DNA from: an uncultured Bacteroidia bacterium
GTDB taxonomy: Bacteria; Bacteroidota; Bacteroidia; J057; JADKCL01
DNA length: 64,000 nucleotides
NCBI GenBank assembly: GCA_964352215.1
Contig: CAYGRE010000002.1
Location: 22,353-86,352, forward strand
Reading direction: 5' to 3'
The translations under genes and the position numbers were made by a program. The notes beneath the pieces are model-generated. The model saw nothing but the letters and a program-made list of their open reading frames with translations. It had not been told where the DNA came from and ran no database searches. Shown here piece by piece: positions 10,500 through 21,045 of the stretch. How positions within the stretch are numbered: the stretch's first letter is position 1; each line of letters begins with the position of its first letter.

Positions 10500-13400
10500 A
10501 TGACCACTCTCAGAATCGAAAATATCTTCCCTCCAGGGCGCACAGGCAGGTGGCTTCTATATCTATTTGCCGGGTGGATAGTTATGGCTTTGCCCCAAGT
10601 GGCGAAAGCGGGCCATGGCGCCGGGGTCGACGTTACCTACGAATGTATCAACAGCTGCACCATCCGGGTACATTTCCGTGCCTTTCGCAGTTGCAATACC
10701 AATATCCAGAACATTTCCCCCGTCAATACCTTTTACATCACTGCCCCTACCAATTGCACGATGCCGGTCCAGACCAGCCCCTGGGTCAATGTATCCAACC
10801 AGGAAGTGACCCCTGTTTGTCCCGGAACCCCCACCCTCTGCAATTCTCCCACGGCCGGGATCAACGGCATCATGGAGCACTACTGGGTCGGGGACTTCGA
10901 TTTCTGCGCCTCCAATTGCAATGCCTATACCCTCAATTGGGGTTTGTGCTGTCGCAACAATACGATCACTTCCATGGCCAGCCCGAATATGACCACCCTC
11001 TATGTCGGCACCACCATCGATCCCCTGGCAACTCCCTGCAACAATTCCCCGGTTTTCAACAACCCTCCCATTCCCTATATCTGCGAAGGCCAGAGCCACA
11101 ATTTTCTCCAACATGCTTCTGACCCGGATGGTGACTCGCTTGCCTATTATCTTGGCCCCTGTCTTTCTGGTCCCAATACACCCGTTCCCTACTTTCCGGG
11201 ATACAGTGCAATATCCCCCCTGGGACCAGATTGGATCGTTCAGATCGACCCCATCAGTGGCCAATTGAGTATTGACCCCCATCCTTTCAGCCCCAATAGC
11301 GGAAGCATCCAGGTAGGAGTGGTATGCATCAATGTCGAGGAATGGCGGAATGGGCAATTGATCGGCACCACAACCCGCGATCTGCAGGTCACGGTAATTC
11401 CTTGTGCCGGCAATGACCAACCGCAGCTTTCCGGAGCAGCCAACCCTTATGGTGCCACCGCCAATGGATTCGTGGTTACAACCTGCCTCGGGGCAAGCCT
11501 TTGCTTCGAAGTCCCCAGCCTCGACCCTGATCCGGGTCAAACCCTGGACCTCTACTGGAATGGAAGCCTGAGCAACCTCGGTGCCACTTTTACCAAACTG
11601 GGCGACCCGGTAGTAATCGATACGATTTCTGGAACCAACCCGGTTGGCGAATTTTGCTGGACCCCTTCCGCAGCCGGGACCTACCAATTTGTGGCGACTG
11701 TGATGGACGACCATTGCCCCCTCCCCGGCTTCAACCAGTACACATTCACGATCATCGTGGAACAAATCGACATCTCGGTTACAGATTCTGCTCTTGGCTG
11801 TGACCGTGCCCTTTTCAATGCCGTCCCCCAAACTGGAAGTGCCCCTTTTACCTACCAGTGGAACCCCTTGAATTTCCCGATCCAAACCGATTCCAGTTTT
11901 ATCCAACAAGTCCCGGGGCCCGGTTCTTACCCCTATACTTTGTCTGTGGTTGACTCGGCAGGATGTATTTTCGAGTATGCGGACACGGCAGTCGTCGTCA
12001 ACAATGTAAATGCTGACCCCGGATTGGGTCAATCGGTCTGTTCCGGGGCTCAGATCATCCTTGGAGGCAGCACTGGTACCAACCCTAACTTCATTTATCA
12101 ATGGTCACCGGCTACCCATCTCAGCGATTCGACAGTTGCACAGCCCCTCCTGACCCCAGTTAACCAATCTGGTCTCTCTGAAAGCCAGACCTTCTATTTA
12201 CTAATAGTGGATACCCTGACAAACTGCTCAGATTCGGATTCGGTGCAGTTACAGGTCAACCCCATTCCCGATGCCAGTTTCTCTATGCCACAGGAAATTT
12301 GTGGCTATGACACCGCACTGATCAATTACACAGGAACCCTCAGCACCTTTGGAACCTTTATCTGGAACTTCGGCAACGGAGCACCGCCTTCTATCGGCCA
12401 GGGGCCCTACCAAATGAACTGGGCCGCGCCTGGGTCCTATGAAGTCAGCCTGGTGGTATCCAGCATGGGCTGTTCCTCCCCTCCCAACCGGGATACGATT
12501 CTGGTGAAGCCCGTTCCGGTAGCCGCTATTGCCAATGTACTGCCCCAATGCTTTGCGGGCCATTCATTTGACCTGCTGAACATTGGCAATTATGACAGTA
12601 CCGCCACCTTCAACTGGGATTTCAGCCAGGGGGCTATCTATGCGACCGATACCACCGAACACCTGGACAGCTTGACGTTTTCCAACCCAGGACAGCACCG
12701 GGTAACTTTACAGATCGAACAGAATGGCTGTTTCGGCAATGTCGACACTGTGCTCTTGGATATTATTCCCGATCCCGATCCGGCTTTTGCCTTCTCCAGT
12801 ACCGGGCAGTGCTTCCCCCTCAATGATTTCCAATTCCAGGCCACCGGACAGAACTCGAGCAATGCGGTTTATAACTGGAGTTTCCAGGATGGAAGCCCTG
12901 GCAGTTCGTCCAGCACCAGCCAAACCGTCAGTTTTATTTCGCAGGGACCGAAAATAGTCACCTTAACGGTGGTGGATAACGGATGCAGCCTGTCCTACTC
13001 GGATACGGTCATGGTATATCCTTCTCCCTTCGTGGATGCTGGTCAGAATGTTTCCTTCTGCGAAGGCAGTGCCGGAGGCTTGATGAATGGCTCCATCGTG
13101 GGTGGACAGGCGCCTTATACCTGGAACTGGTATGTGGGCTCAGGAACGGTACTTACCATTGACAGCCTCAACGATGACGATCCCCAGGTAATGCTGGACA
13201 GTTCTGCCTACTTGTTCGTCCAGGTAATGGACAGCAATGGTTGCAGCAGCAGTCCAGACTCTCTGCTGATCAATATCCTTCCCCGCCCGGTTGCCATGGC
13301 TCCGGACGATACCTCTAGGTGCGCAGGTGCGGCACCCTGTGTAGTTCTGAGCCCCACCGTATCCAATACCGGTGGCCCCTATACCTACACTTGGTCACCG

Positions 13401-15311
13401 GCTACCGGCCTCAATGACAGCACCCTCCTTTATCCCTGTGCCTCCTCCAATATTACCACGACCTACTCCTTTGTAGCTACCGACCAGAGTACGGGCTGCC
13501 GAAGTGATATGGGAGGACTGGATTCAAGTGCCATGGTCACCGTGCATGTGGTCCAGAGTCCGATTGCGGAAGCCGGAAACTCCATCGACCTGTGTACGGG
13601 TGATTCCATTCAACTGAATGGGACCGGCCTGGGTGCCGGCCCCAGCTATACCTACCAGTGGAGTCCCACTTCCGGGATGAGCAACCCCAATATTGGCAAC
13701 CCGGTGGTCAGTCCTGTGATCACGACCCTCTACACGCTGAGCGTGGAATCCAACGGTTGCTCCGGCGTTACAGACACCATGCGGGTGCGGGTACGCGGCC
13801 TTCCGGAGGCCAACGCGGGCAACGATGTACAGATTTGCCTGGGAGAAAGTACCCAGCTCAACGGTACCGCCGGTGGGGGTGATGGTAGTTCTGCTTATAC
13901 CTTCACCTGGAGCAATGGCAATTCGCTGAGCGACCCCCAGATATCCAATCCGGTAGCGACTCCCGATGCCACTACCACCTATTTCCTGACGGCCTACAAT
14001 GAATGGGGATGCGAAAGTCCGCCAGATTCGGTCGCTGTTTTTCTCCACCCCACCCCGATCGCAGAAGCTGGTGATTCCGCCTTTGTCTGTCTCGGAAATG
14101 ATTTCCAGTTCCAGGGATCCTACTATTACGGCCAAACAGATACCGTCACCAATACCAGCCTCATCTATTACAATTGGACGCCGGGTGCGGAACTGAATGA
14201 CCCAACCCTACTCCAACCTACTTTTACCCCGACTGTATCCGGCTGGTACCACCTCCAGGTCAATTATGAAACCTGCCAGACCACTGACTCGGTTTACCTC
14301 ACTGCCATCCCAAATCTGAACGCCTCCGCCCTTGCGGATACCAATACCGTCTGTGCCAGAGATTCTGTCATGCTTCTGGCCAGCGGAGGTTTCTCCGGAC
14401 CTAGCTTTCTCTGGACACCTGCGACCGGTCTGAACGATCCGCACTCAGCTCATCCGATGGCTGCACCGGAGATCACCACCACCTACATGGTCTACCTCGA
14501 AGAATATGGATGCCTGGACAGCACCCAGGTCACGGTGCGCGTTCTCCCCAGGCCCAGAGCTGACTTTGCCCATACCCAGCCCATCGGCTGCCCGGCCCAC
14601 AGCGTCTTCTTCTCCTCTACTTCCCAAAATGCTGACCACCTGATCTGGAACTTCGGGGACGGAAGTCCGCCCCAAAATGTCACCGAATACGAGCATACCT
14701 ACACTCAGGTTGGAAATTACCCGGTCAGCCTGATCGCGCTTGCCAGTGGAGGATGTGCCGATACCGCTGAATTCCTGACCGTACAAGTAACGCCTCCCCC
14801 CAGGATGAACGTCATCGGATTCCCCGATCTCCCGGCCCAGCTTTACCTTCCCGATGCGGAAATCCAATTGAGCGAAAACCATGGCGAGGTCTTGGAATGG
14901 CAATGGGTCTTTGAAAATGGGCAACAGTATGGGGGCAGGTCCATCAATTATTCCTTTGCTTCAGAAGGCACCTATTTTGTCACCCTTCGCGGAGTGGATG
15001 ATAAGGGATGCTGGAATGATACCGTGGTAGGCCCCATTGTCGTTCAATCCCCTGACGTGATCATTTACAATGTATTCAGCCCCAACAACGATGGGATCAA
15101 CGATGTCTTTCTCCCGGTTTACGAAGGGCATCAACCGACCTCCCTTCAAATCTATGACCGATGGGGAGCCCTGCTTTTTGAAAGCCGCAACAAGACCGAA
15201 AGCTGGAAGGGCACCGCATTAAATGGCAAACCAGCACCCGCAGGAGATTATTTTTACCATTTCAGGGCAGGTCAAAAAGATTATTCAGGCTCAGTTACCC
15301 TGGTCCGATAG
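10500..15311 (+). CDS. Giant (about 1600 aa) secreted adhesin-like protein with many tandem Ig/PKD/SprB-like repeat domains and a T9SS type-B ('gliding motility-associated') C-terminal domain.
   Basis: The signal peptide is RWLLYLFAGWIVMALPQVAKA. There are at least 10 repeats with the pattern A(G/N)xDxxxCxGxSxxLxG(S/T)G ... Y(T/Q)WSP(A/T)xGL(S/N)D. PKD-like FIWNFGNG / LIWNFGDGSP segments are present. The C-terminus IIYNVFSPNNDGINDVF ... IYDRWGALLFES ... GDYFYHF matches the CHU_C / TIGR04131 type-B sorting domain. Confidence 0.85.
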   Translation: MTTLRIENIFPPGRTGRWLLYLFAGWIVMALPQVAKAGHGAGVDVTYECINSCTIRVHFRAFRSCNTNIQNISPVNTFYITAPTNCTMPVQTSPWVNVSNQEVTPVCPGTPTLCNSPTAGINGIMEHYWVGDFDFCASNCNAYTLNWGLCCRNNTITSMASPNMTTLYVGTTIDPLATPCNNSPVFNNPPIPYICEGQSHNFLQHASDPDGDSLAYYLGPCLSGPNTPVPYFPGYSAISPLGPDWIVQIDPISGQLSIDPHPFSPNSGSIQVGVVCINVEEWRNGQLIGTTTRDLQVTVIPCAGNDQPQLSGAANPYGATANGFVVTTCLGASLCFEVPSLDPDPGQTLDLYWNGSLSNLGATFTKLGDPVVIDTISGTNPVGEFCWTPSAAGTYQFVATVMDDHCPLPGFNQYTFTIIVEQIDISVTDSALGCDRALFNAVPQTGSAPFTYQWNPLNFPIQTDSSFIQQVPGPGSYPYTLSVVDSAGCIFEYADTAVVVNNVNADPGLGQSVCSGAQIILGGSTGTNPNFIYQWSPATHLSDSTVAQPLLTPVNQSGLSESQTFYLLIVDTLTNCSDSDSVQLQVNPIPDASFSMPQEICGYDTALINYTGTLSTFGTFIWNFGNGAPPSIGQGPYQMNWAAPGSYEVSLVVSSMGCSSPPNRDTILVKPVPVAAIANVLPQCFAGHSFDLLNIGNYDSTATFNWDFSQGAIYATDTTEHLDSLTFSNPGQHRVTLQIEQNGCFGNVDTVLLDIIPDPDPAFAFSSTGQCFPLNDFQFQATGQNSSNAVYNWSFQDGSPGSSSSTSQTVSFISQGPKIVTLTVVDNGCSLSYSDTVMVYPSPFVDAGQNVSFCEGSAGGLMNGSIVGGQAPYTWNWYVGSGTVLTIDSLNDDDPQVMLDSSAYLFVQVMDSNGCSSSPDSLLINILPRPVAMAPDDTSRCAGAAPCVVLSPTVSNTGGPYTYTWSPATGLNDSTLLYPCASSNITTTYSFVATDQSTGCRSDMGGLDSSAMVTVHVVQSPIAEAGNSIDLCTGDSIQLNGTGLGAGPSYTYQWSPTSGMSNPNIGNPVVSPVITTLYTLSVESNGCSGVTDTMRVRVRGLPEANAGNDVQICLGESTQLNGTAGGGDGSSAYTFTWSNGNSLSDPQISNPVATPDATTTYFLTAYNEWGCESPPDSVAVFLHPTPIAEAGDSAFVCLGNDFQFQGSYYYGQTDTVTNTSLIYYNWTPGAELNDPTLLQPTFTPTVSGWYHLQVNYETCQTTDSVYLTAIPNLNASALADTNTVCARDSVMLLASGGFSGPSFLWTPATGLNDPHSAHPMAAPEITTTYMVYLEEYGCLDSTQVTVRVLPRPRADFAHTQPIGCPAHSVFFSSTSQNADHLIWNFGDGSPPQNVTEYEHTYTQVGNYPVSLIALASGGCADTAEFLTVQVTPPPRMNVIGFPDLPAQLYLPDAEIQLSENHGEVLEWQWVFENGQQYGGRSINYSFASEGTYFVTLRGVDDKGCWNDTVVGPIVVQSPDVIIYNVFSPNNDGINDVFLPVYEGHQPTSLQIYDRWGALLFESRNKTESWKGTALNGKPAPAGDYFYHFRAGQKDYSGSVTLVR

Positions 15312-15377
15312 GAGTCATATCAGAAACCACCCCTTTCATTCGTTTCATGAGTAGCTACATTTAATTACTTTTGTCCT

Positions 15378-16049
15378 GTGAAACAATTGTTCATCCTTTG
15401 CTTGGTCGTGTTTATTGCTGGAACTGGTATCCCCACCGTTCAGGCGCAAGCCAATTTCGATATTCAGATTGCAAAATTGCAGTACGAGGGAGGGGGAGAC
15501 TGGTATTCCAACCCAACCTCTGTCCCGAACCTGATTGACTTTGTCAGAACCTCTACCAATATCCAATTGGATCCGGAAGAATACCTGGTCAAGCCCGGTG
15601 GTACGCAAATCTTCCAATACCCCTATGTGTACATGACGGGGCATGGAAACGTGGTCTTCACCGATGAAGAGGCACAAAATCTCCGTTTGTACATGACCGC
15701 TGGTGGATTTCTCCATATTGATGACAACTATGGAATGGATAAGTATATCCGCCGGGAGATGAAAAAGGTATTTCCGGACCTCGAGTTCGTGGAGGTCGAT
15801 TGGGAACACCCCATCTTTCACCAGCAATATGATTTTGACAAAGGGCTCCCCAAAATTCATGAGCACGACAATAAACCCCCTCAGGGCTTTGGCATCTTCT
15901 ATGAAAACAGGTTGGTCTGTTTTTACACTTATGAGAGTGACCTCGGAGATGGTTGGGAAGACACCAATGTCCACAATGATCCCACTGAGGTCCGGGAATC
16001 TGCCCTGAAGATGGGAGCAAACATCATCATCTACGCGCTGAACCACTGA
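15378..16049 (+). CDS. Secreted DUF4159-family protein.
   Basis: It has a signal peptide and a GTG start. The motifs LQYEGGGDWYSNPTS ... HIDDNYGMDKYIRREMKKVFP ... KIHEHDNKPPQGFG ... VCFYTYESDLGDGWED match my recollection of the DUF4159 family. Confidence 0.6.
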   Translation: MKQLFILCLVVFIAGTGIPTVQAQANFDIQIAKLQYEGGGDWYSNPTSVPNLIDFVRTSTNIQLDPEEYLVKPGGTQIFQYPYVYMTGHGNVVFTDEEAQNLRLYMTAGGFLHIDDNYGMDKYIRREMKKVFPDLEFVEVDWEHPIFHQQYDFDKGLPKIHEHDNKPPQGFGIFYENRLVCFYTYESDLGDGWEDTNVHNDPTEVRESALKMGANIIIYALNH

Positions 16050-16053
16050 TCTG

Positions 16054-17931
16054 ATGAAGGCTGAAAGGAGGCAGACATACTTCCTGTGGACCTTTTGGCT
16101 TATTTGGGTGGTCGTCGCGCAGCCCCTTGCTTCCCCCCTTTCCGCTCAAAATACTTCCGGCAACTTTACCCTGCGCAATGGGGTGGAGGCCTTCTATGTT
16201 CAAGACACTTCCCGGCCTTTGCTGGAAGTGGCCCTCTCGGTTCGGGGAGGAGCCAGGATCGACCATCCCGGGGCGGATGGGATCGCAGCCCTTTGGGCCC
16301 GCACCTTTTGGGAGCGGGGAGCGGATTCGCTTCGTTACAGCACTTATGGTAAGGCCCGAGGCATCAGAACGGGCGCCAGGCAGGGCTTAAGCCACTCCCA
16401 GTTTTACCTGCGTATGCTGCCCCACCGCCTCTCCGGTGCGCTGGACCTATTGCGCTTCGCCCTTGAAGACTCCGATTATTCCGGCACCGATCTGAATGGA
16501 GCGCTTCGGGACTTTGCCCTGGACTTGCAGCAAATGGATGGCGATCCATTCGCCTTTCTGGACCAGCAGTTAGGGCAGACCCTCTGGCAGGAACGCTATG
16601 CAGAGATGAACCCATACGGATACTATCCAGACCTCGCCTCTCCCAATCCCAAGACTTTCCGGTCCATCCACCAAGCCTATCTCCACCCTGCCAATGCCCT
16701 CCTTTGTGCAACCGGGCCGCTTCCAGCGGAAACCTTTTTCCAGGTATCAGATTCAATCCTGGGCGGCTGGGAAAATTACGGACCACAACCCTACCTGCCC
16801 CACACCGCTTTTCCAAACCTTACAAAACCAAGCTACGAGGTCTATTTCAATGAGTTGACCAAGATCCCCCAGCTGAAAATGATCTGGCCCCTGGATGGCA
16901 GCTTTCGCGACAGCTCCATCCTATCCCTGTCTGAATGGTTCATTCAATTGGCTCAGTCGCGCCAAAGCCCCTTTTATCAAAATCTGATCCGGGGCAACCT
17001 CGCCAGTAGCTTCCGCTGGGAATACATCCCCACCCGGGGTCCGGGCCAACTCAGTCTGAGCCTTGCCCCGAATCTGGACAGCTTATCCCAATGTCTTGAA
17101 TCCATCTTTGCCGGCATCGCACAAATAATGCAACCCAATCCGGAATGGTTGAATGAAATTGACCTGGCAGGGAGAGGGCTGGAAACCCAACTTGCCCGCA
17201 GAACCGACATTCCCCAAAACCAATTGTTCTACCTCAGCAGACGCTGGGCAGTTGGACTCGACCCGGACCACCCCACATGGAAGCAAATTCCTGAGCAAGC
17301 TGATTTGGCAGCATTTATTGAGCGCTTTCTTTTCAGAAAACCACATGTTGCCGGTCTCCTGCTCAACAGCAGAATGGCTGGAAGAAAGAACTTCGAAGCG
17401 CTGTTCGTTCCCCCAAGCGGTTTCACAATTGCCCCGGAAGTGGTGGCGAATGCTGATGCTTCAGGAAATGGTTCCGTCAATTCCGATACGTCAGGTATAG
17501 CCATTGCCGATTCCCTGGGCTCCGATTCAGCCAATGCCGATTCCCTTCCCCCCGCTCCCAGTTACCCCTGGCTGGCCGAAATCAAGATTTATTTCAATCC
17601 CTCTTCCTTTGACCCGGACAGTATCTCCCTCCTGGGACTAGAGAAGGTCAGCCAATTGATGCTGGAGGTAGACAGTCTGCGCCTATTCGTAAATGGATAC
17701 GCCGATGGGCAAGGTGATGGTGTCTACAATTATCTGTTGTCTATCCAACGTTCAGAATCCGTAAAGCAAATCCTCAGTAACCGATTGGGAATTCCTGAAG
17801 AGCGACTTATCGTCCGTGGATACGGCGAGGCGTTTGCAGAATTTCCCGATGATACGCCCGAACACCGGGCCAAAAACCGAAGGGTGACTTTTGAACTGGT
17901 TCCCAAAGACTTCGTGCCAAATGATTTCTAA
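16054..17931 (+). CDS. Secreted M16 (pitrilysin/insulinase)-like protein, probably non-catalytic, fused to a C-terminal OmpA-like peptidoglycan-binding domain.
   Basis: It has a signal peptide and M16-like N-terminal and C-terminal halves without an HxxEH zinc motif. The C-terminus LFVNGYADGQGDGVYNYLLSIQRSESVKQIL ... RGYGEAFAEFPDDTPEHRAKNRRVTFELV is a typical OmpA_C-like domain. Confidence 0.5.
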   Translation: MKAERRQTYFLWTFWLIWVVVAQPLASPLSAQNTSGNFTLRNGVEAFYVQDTSRPLLEVALSVRGGARIDHPGADGIAALWARTFWERGADSLRYSTYGKARGIRTGARQGLSHSQFYLRMLPHRLSGALDLLRFALEDSDYSGTDLNGALRDFALDLQQMDGDPFAFLDQQLGQTLWQERYAEMNPYGYYPDLASPNPKTFRSIHQAYLHPANALLCATGPLPAETFFQVSDSILGGWENYGPQPYLPHTAFPNLTKPSYEVYFNELTKIPQLKMIWPLDGSFRDSSILSLSEWFIQLAQSRQSPFYQNLIRGNLASSFRWEYIPTRGPGQLSLSLAPNLDSLSQCLESIFAGIAQIMQPNPEWLNEIDLAGRGLETQLARRTDIPQNQLFYLSRRWAVGLDPDHPTWKQIPEQADLAAFIERFLFRKPHVAGLLLNSRMAGRKNFEALFVPPSGFTIAPEVVANADASGNGSVNSDTSGIAIADSLGSDSANADSLPPAPSYPWLAEIKIYFNPSSFDPDSISLLGLEKVSQLMLEVDSLRLFVNGYADGQGDGVYNYLLSIQRSESVKQILSNRLGIPEERLIVRGYGEAFAEFPDDTPEHRAKNRRVTFELVPKDFVPNDF

Positions 17932-17941
17932 ATGGAAATAC

Positions 17942-19273
17942 ATGCTTGGCCTGTTGGTGGCCACTTTTCTTCTGGGTTGCCCTCCACGATCCCAGGAGGC
18001 CACCTTTGCCGGGGAAAAATGGATCCCGACCACTTATGATTATGCCGGTATTCGGGTGATTCAGACCCAGACGCCCCACGCTCCGGTGGAAATCCGCCTC
18101 GTCTATTGTGGAGATCCTTCGTGGTATACCGGCACGGGACCCTTGATGAATCAACTTGCCCTTTCCACCCTCATCAGAGGCGGCACTTCTGATTTGGAAC
18201 CGGAGGCCTTTTCCAATCAGGTGGACACAGAAAAGGCGGGACTTTCTTACGGGGTCGGCGATGGTTATGGTTGGATTGGATTGTCCTGTCTTGAGGACCG
18301 TATCCGACCTGCATGGAAACTCTTTGCCGCATGTGCGTCCCAACCGGGATTCGATGAAGCCACCTTCTCGTCTGAGATCAGGGAGATCACACAGAATTCA
18401 GAGGTTTGGAGCAAATTACCCATTCACGGCCTGGCCCAACTGGTCCTTTCCAAGGGGTTTGGACCACTCCCTTTTAAAACTGGTACGGTTTTGGCAACGG
18501 AGGAGGTAGCACCCACTGCTGAGACCGCTCTTCAATGGTACCGGAACACCTTGCTGGGCAAAGGTCGCCTGGCCCTGGTCGTGACTGGCCCGGTGGATGC
18601 TGAACTGGTTGCCGACCTCCTCCTACAAGGATTGACTGACCTCAGTTCTCTTTCCTGGGAGGATTGGGAGGGATTGCAACCGGCACCGACTGCTCCGGGC
18701 ATACACCTGGAGAAAAGCCCGGAAGACAAGGAGGCCATCGCCCTTCACCTGCCTTTGGTAGATGCAAAGGGGGAAGCTTATGCGCGGAACGCGGTGGAAG
18801 AAGCTGCATTCCTGATCTTTGGGCAACTACTTGCTGAACGGCTGGAAAGGTTGTTCACCGACGACCCGCAAGCGAAAAGAAACATCCGTTATGACCTGTC
18901 CCGTGGGACGAGACCGGGTGCCTGGCTCATGCTGGATGGCATTCAGGTGATGCCGCGGGCGGAATTGATCATGTCCGAACTGCGCAGGTTCTACCAGGAG
19001 GGCGCCCGGGAAGGCGAAGTATTACGCGCCAGGCGGGTCCTGCTCAATGACCAACTGAGTGCCCTGCAATCGAATCGGCAACGGGCTGATCTCTGGACCC
19101 GGGAAATTGGCCAGGGAAGCTTCCAACGCTGGGGGCAGCTTGTCAACCTCATCCAGGTCGTACCGGAAAAAGCAGTCATTCAGGTAGGGCAGACTGCCCT
19201 CGATAATCTGTCGTGGTTTTACTACGGAGTTCCCAGCCGATTGGATCGGAACTCCCTGGGAAGACTAAACTGA
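17942..19273 (+). CDS. Lipoprotein, M16 peptidase-like (inactive-domain type).
   Basis: The start was set at MLGLLVATFLLGC (lipobox LLGC), which removes the overlap with the upstream gene. Overall similarity to M16 non-catalytic domains is weak, and there is no HxxEH motif. Confidence 0.4.
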   Translation: MLGLLVATFLLGCPPRSQEATFAGEKWIPTTYDYAGIRVIQTQTPHAPVEIRLVYCGDPSWYTGTGPLMNQLALSTLIRGGTSDLEPEAFSNQVDTEKAGLSYGVGDGYGWIGLSCLEDRIRPAWKLFAACASQPGFDEATFSSEIREITQNSEVWSKLPIHGLAQLVLSKGFGPLPFKTGTVLATEEVAPTAETALQWYRNTLLGKGRLALVVTGPVDAELVADLLLQGLTDLSSLSWEDWEGLQPAPTAPGIHLEKSPEDKEAIALHLPLVDAKGEAYARNAVEEAAFLIFGQLLAERLERLFTDDPQAKRNIRYDLSRGTRPGAWLMLDGIQVMPRAELIMSELRRFYQEGAREGEVLRARRVLLNDQLSALQSNRQRADLWTREIGQGSFQRWGQLVNLIQVVPEKAVIQVGQTALDNLSWFYYGVPSRLDRNSLGRLN

Positions 19274-19355
19274 CTTGAATTATACGGTCCAGCCCTTCTC
19301 TTTCTCTTCCGTTTTTCGGAATTTTATAACTGGTAATCAAATTCATACTTTATTT

Positions 19356-19814
19356 ATGTCGATCAGTAAATCAATAATTCTTTCTGCCTTTGTTTTCATC
19401 GCTTCATTTGGATTCAGTCAGTTACAAGCCCAGACCGGGCAACGTGGAACCATAATTGTAAAAGTCCTCGCATTCCGGAACACGAATGGAAATCTCGAAC
19501 TGACTTTGTACAACCAGGAAAAAGGCTTTCCCAGAGACCTCGACACCTCCGTAGAGACCAAAAGGGTGAAAGTCGTCAACCGGGATGTATGTGAAATCCG
19601 TTTTCCCGATTTGCCCTATGGCAGCTATGCCATTGCCGGCCTCCACGATGAAAACTACAATGAAGACATGGATTACAACTGGATCGGCATGCCCAAAGAA
19701 GGTTATTGTTTTTCCAACGATGCCAAGCCAGTCCTCTCAGCCCCCTCTTACAAATCGACAAAGTTCAGCCTGAATCAGAAGCAAAAAATCGTTTATATTA
19801 CGATGCAGTATTGA
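19356..19814 (+). CDS. Secreted DUF2141-family protein.
   Basis: The signal peptide is MSISKSIILSAFVFIASFGFSQLQAQ. The motif HDENYNEDMDYNWIGMPKEGYCFSND resembles the conserved DUF2141 core (DENxNGKxDxxxxGxPKEGxGFSN). Confidence 0.55.
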   Translation: MSISKSIILSAFVFIASFGFSQLQAQTGQRGTIIVKVLAFRNTNGNLELTLYNQEKGFPRDLDTSVETKRVKVVNRDVCEIRFPDLPYGSYAIAGLHDENYNEDMDYNWIGMPKEGYCFSNDAKPVLSAPSYKSTKFSLNQKQKIVYITMQY

Positions 19815-19828
19815 TGCACGGCTTCTAA

Positions 19829-20362
19829 ATGTATTCTACCAATCAGCTCATACTCCTTTTCATGATATTGTTGCTTCTCGGAGCATGCTCACCCGACATG
19901 TCCACCCGTGAGCCACTTCTCACCCAGATCGCTTTACTGGAATCGGTTGAGCGGTCTCAACAATTACAGGAGCGTATTCAGGACCAGGTGAACTTAGGGA
20001 GCCAATACCTGGCAGCCATTGAAGACACTGCCAATCAGAACCGGGTCATGATTCTCAAACTGGATACTGTCTTTCAGATTCGATACAGGAAGAAAATGGA
20101 GGAGTGGACGCTGTGCTCTGAAAAAGGGCTCAGGATTTCCCGTCGTTTTCAGCAAAGGGTTCAGGACCGGCATTCGAAATTACAGGCATCGTCCTGGGAA
20201 GAATCACTTGGAGACCGGACAGGATTTGAACAGGAAGCATCTCAATTCGAAGCAAGAATCAAAGAAACCGAGGCGGTGATCGTGCAAAGGGCTCAGGAAC
20301 TCAGACAACTGTCTAACAGTATGGATACCATTCCAGTACCAAAACTGCCACTACCCATATAA
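19829..20362 (+). CDS. Hypothetical lipoprotein with a coiled-coil region.
   Basis: The signal and lipobox are LLLLGACSP. The rest is Gln/Glu-rich and helical. Confidence 0.45.
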   Translation: MYSTNQLILLFMILLLLGACSPDMSTREPLLTQIALLESVERSQQLQERIQDQVNLGSQYLAAIEDTANQNRVMILKLDTVFQIRYRKKMEEWTLCSEKGLRISRRFQQRVQDRHSKLQASSWEESLGDRTGFEQEASQFEARIKETEAVIVQRAQELRQLSNSMDTIPVPKLPLPI

Positions 20363-20435
20363 AGGAATTCAGAGTTGGGACTTAAAATTTGGTTACTTTT
20401 GACAATCAAGGCTAGGAAGATCAGGTAAATATAAC

Positions 20436-20999
20436 ATGCAGAAAAAATACCTCATTGCTCTCATTTTAGTATTGTCATGCTCAGCCTTTGTAACAGGTTG
20501 TGAGAAAGTCAGTTCCCGTGAGGATCTTGAAAAGATTCAAACCCTGGAAAAAAAGGCTGACAAAGAGCGTGAAAGGCTTCTGAGTGGAGAGGCGGACACC
20601 TCGCTGATCGGAGAATTGGGGCGTGCCTATATTGCCTATGCCGACAATTATCCCCAGGCAACCGAAACCCCTGAATTCCTTTTCAGAGCCGGAGAGCTTT
20701 TCTCCAATGATCTTGGCAGCATGGACCGGGCAATTGCCACTTTCAAGCGCAATTACCAGGAATATCCGGATCACGAAACTGCGGCCAATGCCCTGTTCCT
20801 GATCGCCTACCTTTACCACAATGTGATGCAAAACCTGGTCCAGGCTGAGAAATATTATACTGAGTTTCTGGAAAAATACCCCGATCACAAGATGAGCCAA
20901 ACTGCACAGTTTGAACTCAGCCACTTAGGCAAAAGTCCCGAGGAAGTATTCAGGGAATTTATTCAGCCTGATCCTGCCCCTTCCGACAGCATCCAGTAA
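20436..20999 (+). CDS. TPR-repeat lipoprotein.
   Basis: The lipobox is FVTGCEK. It contains TPR-like helical repeats (AYIAYADNYPQA, ATFKRNYQEYPDHETAANALFLIAYLYHN). Confidence 0.5.
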   Translation: MQKKYLIALILVLSCSAFVTGCEKVSSREDLEKIQTLEKKADKERERLLSGEADTSLIGELGRAYIAYADNYPQATETPEFLFRAGELFSNDLGSMDRAIATFKRNYQEYPDHETAANALFLIAYLYHNVMQNLVQAEKYYTEFLEKYPDHKMSQTAQFELSHLGKSPEEVFREFIQPDPAPSDSIQ

Positions 21000-21045
21000 G
21001 TTCTGGAGGTCACCGCTTCAAAGCTTCAGACTCCATGCTTAAGTC

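Noticed and set aside
10563-12101. 512-aa minus-strand ORF, and several other long antisense ORFs such as 13524-14135, 31754-32626, 34859-35668, 36293-37162 and 45189-46448.
   Set aside because: They lie entirely inside much better-supported genes on the opposite strand that have clear domain content. Their translations are low-complexity (Gly/Arg/Asp-rich), typical of antisense frames of GC-biased repeat-encoding genes.
15345-16046. 233-aa minus-strand ORF antisense to the DUF4159 gene.
   Set aside because: It fully overlaps a well-supported plus-strand gene that has a signal peptide and conserved motifs. The antisense translation is featureless.
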